Of a stretch of 64,000 nucleotides of DNA, positions 57,255 to 64,000 are shown piece after piece; position 1 is the first letter of the stretch; the number at the start of each line of letters is the position of its first letter. Under the pieces are notes generated by a model that was not told where the DNA came from, did no database searches, and saw nothing but the letters and a program-made list of their open reading frames with translations. The translations under genes were made by a program, and so were the position numbers. The stretch lies in NCBI GenBank assembly GCA_951406725.2, contig OX597829.1:40052001-40116000 (forward strand), read 5' to 3'. The DNA is from Octopus vulgaris. Its lineage: Eukaryota.

Positions 57255-57592
57255 TTGAGGGAATATTATTCCTAACTTACAGGGAAAAATTCAATTTAGA
57301 AATACTAAATCAAATTTCACAAAATATAATATATATATAAAAGTTAGAAAAAAAAACACCTTTTATCAATTCAAAATAAACAATTAAACAATGCCATCTA
57401 GAAAATTACATATAATAGAAATATTAAAATTAAAATAACAATAATATACCGATAATTAAGTAAATTGCAAAATACTTAATCATCGGTATATTATCGTTAT
57501 TTTATTTTTAATATTTCTATTATATGTAATTTTCTAGATGGTGTAATTTAAATGTTCATTTTGAATTGATAAAAGGTGTTTTTTTCTAATTT
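57255..57592. repeat. AT-rich element end with ~120-bp-arm inversion; family also at 10150 and 61330-61535
   Basis: Shared CTTACAGGGAAAAATTCAATTTAG; arms ~57343-57462 / 57473-57592. Confidence 0.75.
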
Positions 57593-57772
57593 ATGTATAT
57601 ATATATATCACCATCATCATCATCATCATCTTTTCATGTCCATGTTCCATGCTGGCATATATCTATATCTATCTATGATGATGATGATATATATATACAT
57701 ACATATATATACACATATATATACAAATATATATAAACATATATATGTATTTATATATATACATATATATAT

Positions 57773-57854
<82 letters not shown>

Positions 57855-58503
57855 TATGCATATATATATATAAATGTATATGTATATATGTAATATCTTT
57901 ATATGTATATATATATATGTGTATATATATGTATACATATATATATATATATGCATATATATACATATATATGCATGTATATATACATATATATATATTA
58001 TGTATATACATTCATATATATACACACACACACATATATATATATATACACACATATATATATATGCACACACACATATATATGTTATACACACATACAT
58101 ATACAGACAAATGAATGCACCTATATATATATACATACATATATGCGTTTAAGTGCAAAGTTACAAGTATTCCCATTAGTGTATATACAATTTTTAATTG
58201 AAATGATTTTATGCACTCAAACATAGTCATGTGTGCACACACACACACACGCACACACATGTGCACATGTATGAATGAACATACACATATGTACACATGC
58301 ATATGAAAAGTTTGCGAGGGGAAAATAGTCAATACTGGATGTAGGACAAAGATGAATTTATTCAGGCAGCAGAGAAGAGTCGGTGTCAGTAGATTAATGC
58401 TCACACATGCTTTCACATACACATACGTACTCTCACACGTATGCATACACACACACACATACATACATACATACATACATACATACATACATACATACAT
58501 ACA

Positions 58504-58534
<31 letters not shown>

Positions 58535-58546
58535 GTATATATATAA

Positions 58547-58960
58547 AGTGGCTGTGTGGTAAGTAGCTTGCTAACCAACGACATGGTTCTGGGTTCAATG
58601 CCACTGCGTGGCACCTTGGGCAAGTGTCTTCTGCTATAGCCCCGGGCCAACCAATACCTTGTGAGTGGATTTGGTATACGGAAACTGAAAGAAGCCTGTC
58701 GTATATATGTATATATATATGTATGTATGTGTGTGTATGTGTTTGCGTGTCTGTGTTTGTCCCCCTAGCATTGCTTGACAACCGATGCTGGTGTGTTTAC
58801 GTCCTCGTCACTTAGCGGTTCGGCAAAAGAGACCAATAGAATAAGCACTGGGCTTACAAAGAATAAGTCCTGGGGTCGATTTGCTCGACTAAAGGTGGTG
58901 CTTCAGCATGGCCACAGTCAAATGACTGAAACAAGTAAAAGAGTAAAGAGAGTAAAGAGT
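58547..58960 (+). mobile_element. SINE family A
   Basis: Match to 275-686. Confidence 0.9.
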
Positions 58961-58975
58961 ATATATATATATATA

Positions 58976-59368
58976 TCATCATCATCATCATCGTTTAACG
59001 TCCACTTTCCATGCTAGCATGGGTTGGACGGTTTGACTGTTGGCTGGCGAACAAGATGGCTGCACCAGGCTCCAGTCTTGATCTGGTAGAGTTTCTACAG
59101 CTGGATGCCCTTCCTAACGCCAACCACTCCGAGAGTGTAGTGGGTGCTTTTACGTGCCCCTGACACAGGGGCCAGTCAGGTGGTACTGGCAACGACCTCG
59201 CTTGAACCTTTTTACACATGCCAACGGCACAGGTGCCAGTAAGGCGATGGCTGGTAACGATTCCACTCGAATGGTGCCTCTTACAAGCCACCGGCACGGA
59301 AGCCAGTTAGCCGCTCTGGCAACGATCACGCTTAGATGATGCTCTTAGCACCCCACTGGCACCCTACT
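58976..59368 (-). mobile_element. 5'-truncated LINE 3' tail
   Basis: Matches 39480-39875. Confidence 0.85.
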
Positions 59369-59627
59369 AAATAATATATATATATATATATATACAGAGA
59401 GAGAGAGAGAGAGAGAGAGATTGGTATACATATATATGCATGCATATGTCCCTTTGGAGTAGGATATTGTGCATCTTGTTGTGTTGCACCAATCAGTGCA
59501 AGCTGTCTCACTAGAGGATGTCTCACGGGATATACTGAGTTTTTCTTGACATGTTGTTTTTGCTAGTTGTACATTGTGTTTTAATTGACATAGAAATAGA
59601 CATTATACCCAAAGTCTGAGTGGTTAC

Positions 59628-59680
<53 letters not shown>

Positions 59681-59685
<5 letters not shown>

Positions 59686-60440
59686 GATATTAGCCAACCG
59701 AATATGGCTAGGGACAGGGCAGGGTGGTGGGGGTGTCACTGTTGCATTTAGCCCCAGGCGAACATCAACGTCACCAGATAGGCCTGACGCCATCACGGCG
59801 TCCTCGATCTTGCAAAGGGATTTCATCCACCAAGAAGCAGATACCACACACGGACCTAGGTTTCAAGGTGTATTGCCTATTATCAACGTGTGGTAGGCAT
59901 CGCTTCTCGATGAACGACCAACTGTGCAAGATATATATAAGGATTTTCAAGTAAATACATTTACTGATTTCGAAAATCTGTTCGACAGCAATAATAATTC
60001 TCTAAATGAGATATAGACAGTGACTGCTCCGTAATATAAGGGATATTAGCCAACCGAATATGGCTAGGGACAGGGCAGGGTGAGAGAATTATTATTGCTG
60101 TCGAACAGATTTTCGAAATCAGTAAATGTATTTACTTGAAAATCCTTATATATATCTTGTACAGTTGGTCGTTCATCGAGAAGCGATGCCTACCACACGT
60201 TGATAATAGGCAATACACCTTGAAACCTAGGTCCGTGTGTGGTATCGGCTTCTTGGTGGATGATCTCCCTTTGCAAGATAGAGGACGCCGTGATGGCGTC
60301 AGGCCTATCTGGTGACGTTGATGTTCGCCTGGGCTAAATGCAACAGTGACACCCCCACCACCCTGCCCTGTCCCTAGCCATATTCGGTTGGCTAATATCC
60401 CTTATATTACGGAGCAGTCACTGTCTATATCTCATTTAGA
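59681..60440. mobile_element. Retrozyme/pLTR-like element: 356-bp unit, 46-bp head repeat, then one inverted permuted monomer, in (TA)n
   Basis: TAAGGGATATTAGCC at 59681 and 60037; 60083-60440 is the reverse complement of one full unit. Confidence 0.85.
60194..60239 (+). ncRNA. Candidate type-I hammerhead, U3:A8 core (mirror copy ~59847-59892, minus)
   Basis: CACACG TTGATAA T AGG CAATACA CCT T GAAA CCTAGG TC CGTGTG. Confidence 0.7.
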
Positions 60441-60452
60441 TATATATATTAT

Positions 60453-60516
<64 letters not shown>

Positions 60517-60832
60517 TCTCTTATTCTTTTATCTCTCTTTTTGTTTCAGTCATTTGACTGCGGTCATGCTGAAGCACCACCTTTATTTGAACAAATAGAT
60601 CCCAGGACTTGTTCTATGTAATCTATCATTCTCTTTTGCTGAACCGCTAGGTTACGGGGACATAAACACATCAATGTTGGTTGTCAAGCAATGTGGAGAG
60701 ACAAACACAGTCACACAAACACATACATAATATATATATATAGTCACACAAACACATACATATATATATATATATATATTATGTATGTGTTTGTGTGACT
60801 GTGTTTGTCCCTCTACATCGCTTGACACCAAC

Positions 60833-60877
<45 letters not shown>

Positions 60878-60908
60878 TACATATATACATATATACATAC
60901 ATATATAC

Positions 60909-60976
<68 letters not shown>

Positions 60977-61012
60977 GTATATATATATATATATGTATAT
61001 ATATATGTATGT

Positions 61013-61312
61013 GGAGGCGCAATGGCCCAGTGATTAGGGTAGCGGACTCGCTGTTGTAGGATTGCGGTTTCGATTCCCAGACCGGGTGCTGTGAGTGTTT
61101 ATTGAGCGAAAACACCTAAAGCTCCACGTGGCTCCAGTAGGTGGTGGTGGTGATCCCTGCTGTACTCTTTCGCCACAACTTTCTCTCACTCTTTCTTCTG
61201 TTGGCCTGCTCGCTTAGCCAGTGGGATGGCGTCATTTGAAGGCTAAAACAAGCGCATTGTGACCAGCGATGTGTAGCAACATCAGATAGCCTGGTCAGTC
61301 ATGGTGACGGTG
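61013..61312 (+). mobile_element. tRNA-derived SINE family D
   Basis: GGAGGCGCAATGGCCCAGTGATTAGG...GGTTTCGATTCCC; inverted copy at 62055-62367. Confidence 0.85.
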
Positions 61313-61547
61313 ATATATATATATATATGTATATAATTAAGAGAAATAACTCTTAAGTAATTCAATAGTGAAAGATGTTATCTATATGATTTAATAGAGA
61401 TAACGTTTTTCACTATTGAATTGCTTACTAGAGGTTTTTCCACTTAATTATATACATATATTATATATTGTGAAATTTGATTTAGAATTGCTAAATTGAA
61501 TTTTTCCCGGTAAGTTTGGAATTATATTCCCTACTATTATTATTATA

Positions 61548-61581
<34 letters not shown>

Positions 61582-62007
61582 GATGGGCTTCATTCTGTCT
61601 ACCAAATCCACTCACAAGGCTTTGTTTGGCCCAAGGCTATAGTGAAAAACACTTGACCAAGGTGCCATGCAGTGGGACTGAACCCGGAACCATGTGGTTG
61701 GTAAGCAAGCTACTTACCACACAGCCACTCCTACACCTCAATGACAATTTTTTTTTGTCTAGTTCATGTCCATTTGTCAACTCCAGTTTATAACTCACAA
61801 ATATGGACTTCCCATGGATTATAGTGAAAGGAATGTTGTGCATATTTATTCATAACATGTTAGGGCAGATTCAAATTATGCAAATTAATTAGCATATTCG
61901 CAACAGCAAATAAAATATTCATGTTTGAATCTGCTGGAATGTAGTGATTTTAAATTTTGGTACAAGGCCAGCAATTTTGGGGCAGAGGGTAAGTCAGTTA
62001 CATCACA

Positions 62008-62039
<32 letters not shown>

Positions 62040-62054
62040 TGTACGTATGTATAT

Positions 62055-62367
62055 CACTGTGATCACCGTGACCGACCAGGTTATCAGATGTTGCTACACA
62101 TCGCTGGTCACAATGCGCTTTGCATTGTTTTAGCCTTCAAATGACACCACCCCGCTGGCTAAGCGAGCAGGCCAACAGTAGAAAGCGTGAGAGAAAGTTG
62201 TAGCGAAAGAGTACAGCAGGGATCGCCCCACCCACCCCCTACTGGAGCCTCGTAGAGCTTTAGGTGTTTTCAGTCAATAAACACTTACAATACCCGGTCT
62301 GGGTATCGAAACTGCGATCCTACAACTGTGAGTTCGCTGCCCTAACCACTGGGCCATTGAGCCTCCA
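62055..62367 (-). mobile_element. tRNA-derived SINE family D
   Basis: Reverse-complement match to 61013-61312. Confidence 0.85.
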
Positions 62368-62395
62368 CACATACACACACACACACATATATATA

Positions 62396-62430
<35 letters not shown>

Positions 62431-62570
62431 CTTACTTTTCTGTTAAAGTAAGAGCCTGAAGATTGCTTGGAGATACTGGGTGTGTCATTAAACCCTGCCT
62501 AGAAAACATCTCAAATCTCAAATGCATGAAACAATGAGTAGCTCATAACTAAATACCTCATACATTAGAC

Positions 62571-62618
<48 letters not shown>

Positions 62619-62640
62619 TATGTGTGTGTGTATATATATA

Positions 62641-62696
<56 letters not shown>

Positions 62697-63345
62697 GTGA
62701 GAATTTAGAAAGACAGGTGTGTAAACAACAAACAGATGTATTAGTTTAACGCTCGGGAAGTGAGAAAGTCTTTTACGTTTCGAGCCTTCGCTCTTCGGCA
62801 GAAAGGAACACAGAAATAAACAAGGAGAGAAAATAGAAAAAAGGTTTAGTGGCTAGCGATCTTTCAAGGCAACTGTGTGTGTGTGTGTGCACACGCGTGT
62901 GTATGTGTGTGTGCACACACGCGTGCGTATGTGTGCGTGTTCTGCTTTGTTTTAACCAGAAATGGCTCTAATTAAAGCAGCATTAATTTTTTAGGCTGTT
63001 CGACTTTTCTCGGCTAATCATTAGCACAATTAAGAAACCTATCAGTAATGAACCTATAATGACTACTGAAAATAGCTGTAAACCAAATTTACTCCAATAA
63101 AGGATAAATATATAATGACCATTATTTCTACCTTGTCTTATATGTATATCGTGTTGAACTGTTAGTCCCTACACATTTTCTTTGTTCTCTTTCCATTTTC
63201 TTTCTCCATCTAATCCTTTGCTGTTGAAGAGCATAGGCTCAAAACATCAAACACTTTTCCATTCTTCCCAAGCATTAAATTAATACCCCTCCTTGTTGTT
63301 CTTTCACCTGTCTTCATCTTTTGTTTTCTGTAAATTTGAACTATA
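62697..63345. mobile_element. Two divergent pLTR-like elements with minimal hammerheads (62697-62870 minus, ~63130-63345 plus)
   Basis: CTGCCGA A GAGC GAAG GCTC GAAA CG TA AAAG and CTGTTGA A GAGC ATAG GCTC AAAA; each ends at TA repeats. Confidence 0.65.
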
Positions 63346-63503
63346 TATATTTAAAAATTGCATAGATATTATAGAATTTTGAACAAACATAAGATCCACA
63401 TGGTTTATTGTAACAGCAAAAATATTGCGCAAATTATAGCAATACATAACATAATAATGACATAACAAAAAAGTTTATTATAATCAGAGTAGCATAGTAA
63501 ATA

Positions 63504-64000
63504 TCTATATATGTAAAACTGTAGTTGTGTGAGTGTCTGTCCCCTTCGATTTAGATTCCTAACTACTCCCACATTTTGCGGTGCAGTTTAACCAAATTCG
63601 GGTATCTTATAGTCGTGATTCATATCGAGCCCGTCTGGCTATTAGCGCGCGTCTACGATGAGTCTACGATTTTAAAAATAATTTAACATCATTTTTTATT
63701 CCATTTTAATGCATAATTTTTCGTGTGTCGATGGCGGCGGAGTTGGCGTCCATGGTCACACCTGCACCTGTTTGCTTCTCTCCCTTCTTCCCTCCCTCGT
63801 GAAGCTGTGGGGAAGGGAGTGTAAGGAAATCAACGTCGTAAAGCGTTGTCAAGGAGACCAGCGTTCTTTTAGAACAACGACTTCATGGCTTGAAGACACC
63901 AAAACAGAAATGGCTAAGAAAGCCCGAATTGGCATCTATAAGGAAAGTAACTCTCTAAAAATGCTTATATAGTTATTTCCCTTACAAACCCGAGCAACGC
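63504..64000 (+). mobile_element. Non-autonomous Helitron, longer variant, cut by the window edge
   Basis: A|TCTATATATGTAAAA start; ends inside the CCCGAGCAACGC hairpin; extra internal segment ~63705-63945. Confidence 0.8.

Noticed and set aside
59720-59820. Pistol- or HDV-like ribozyme suggested by TTGCATTTAGCCCCAGGCG
   Set aside because: The pistol A-rich linker and the HDV P1/P3 elements could not be assigned; retained only as an unexplained conserved structure.
61013-61085. tRNA-like sequences here and at ~12805-12876, 275-345 and other SINE heads
   Set aside because: They continue into SINE bodies, are multi-copy and do not form a complete cloverleaf.

Overview
Eukaryotic, AT-rich DNA made almost entirely of repeats, with no convincing host gene. 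The SINE families, dense (TA)n/(TACA)n/(GTA)n microsatellites and transposon mix suggest a cephalopod (Octopus-like) genome; this is inference. Contents: many tRNA-derived SINEs of four families; two RTE-group LINE bodies plus many 5'-truncated tails; a CR1/L2 3' end; a Penelope-like element (RT + GIY-YIG); two decayed Ty3/Gypsy elements and solo LTRs; Tc1 (DD34E, with an intron), maT-like (DD37D) and mariner relics; non-autonomous Helitrons; TTAA-bounded MITEs. Nearly all ORFs in the supplied track are microsatellite artefacts. The main hidden signal is more than a dozen minimal type-I hammerhead-ribozyme motifs in short elements next to (TA)n tracts, often with inverted duplications. Some have compensatory catalytic-core swaps (U3:A8 in two families, G3:C8 in one). 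One sits in a 356-bp circularly permuted unit resembling a retrozyme. Coordinates were read by eye; element ends are approximate unless a TSD or TIR is quoted.
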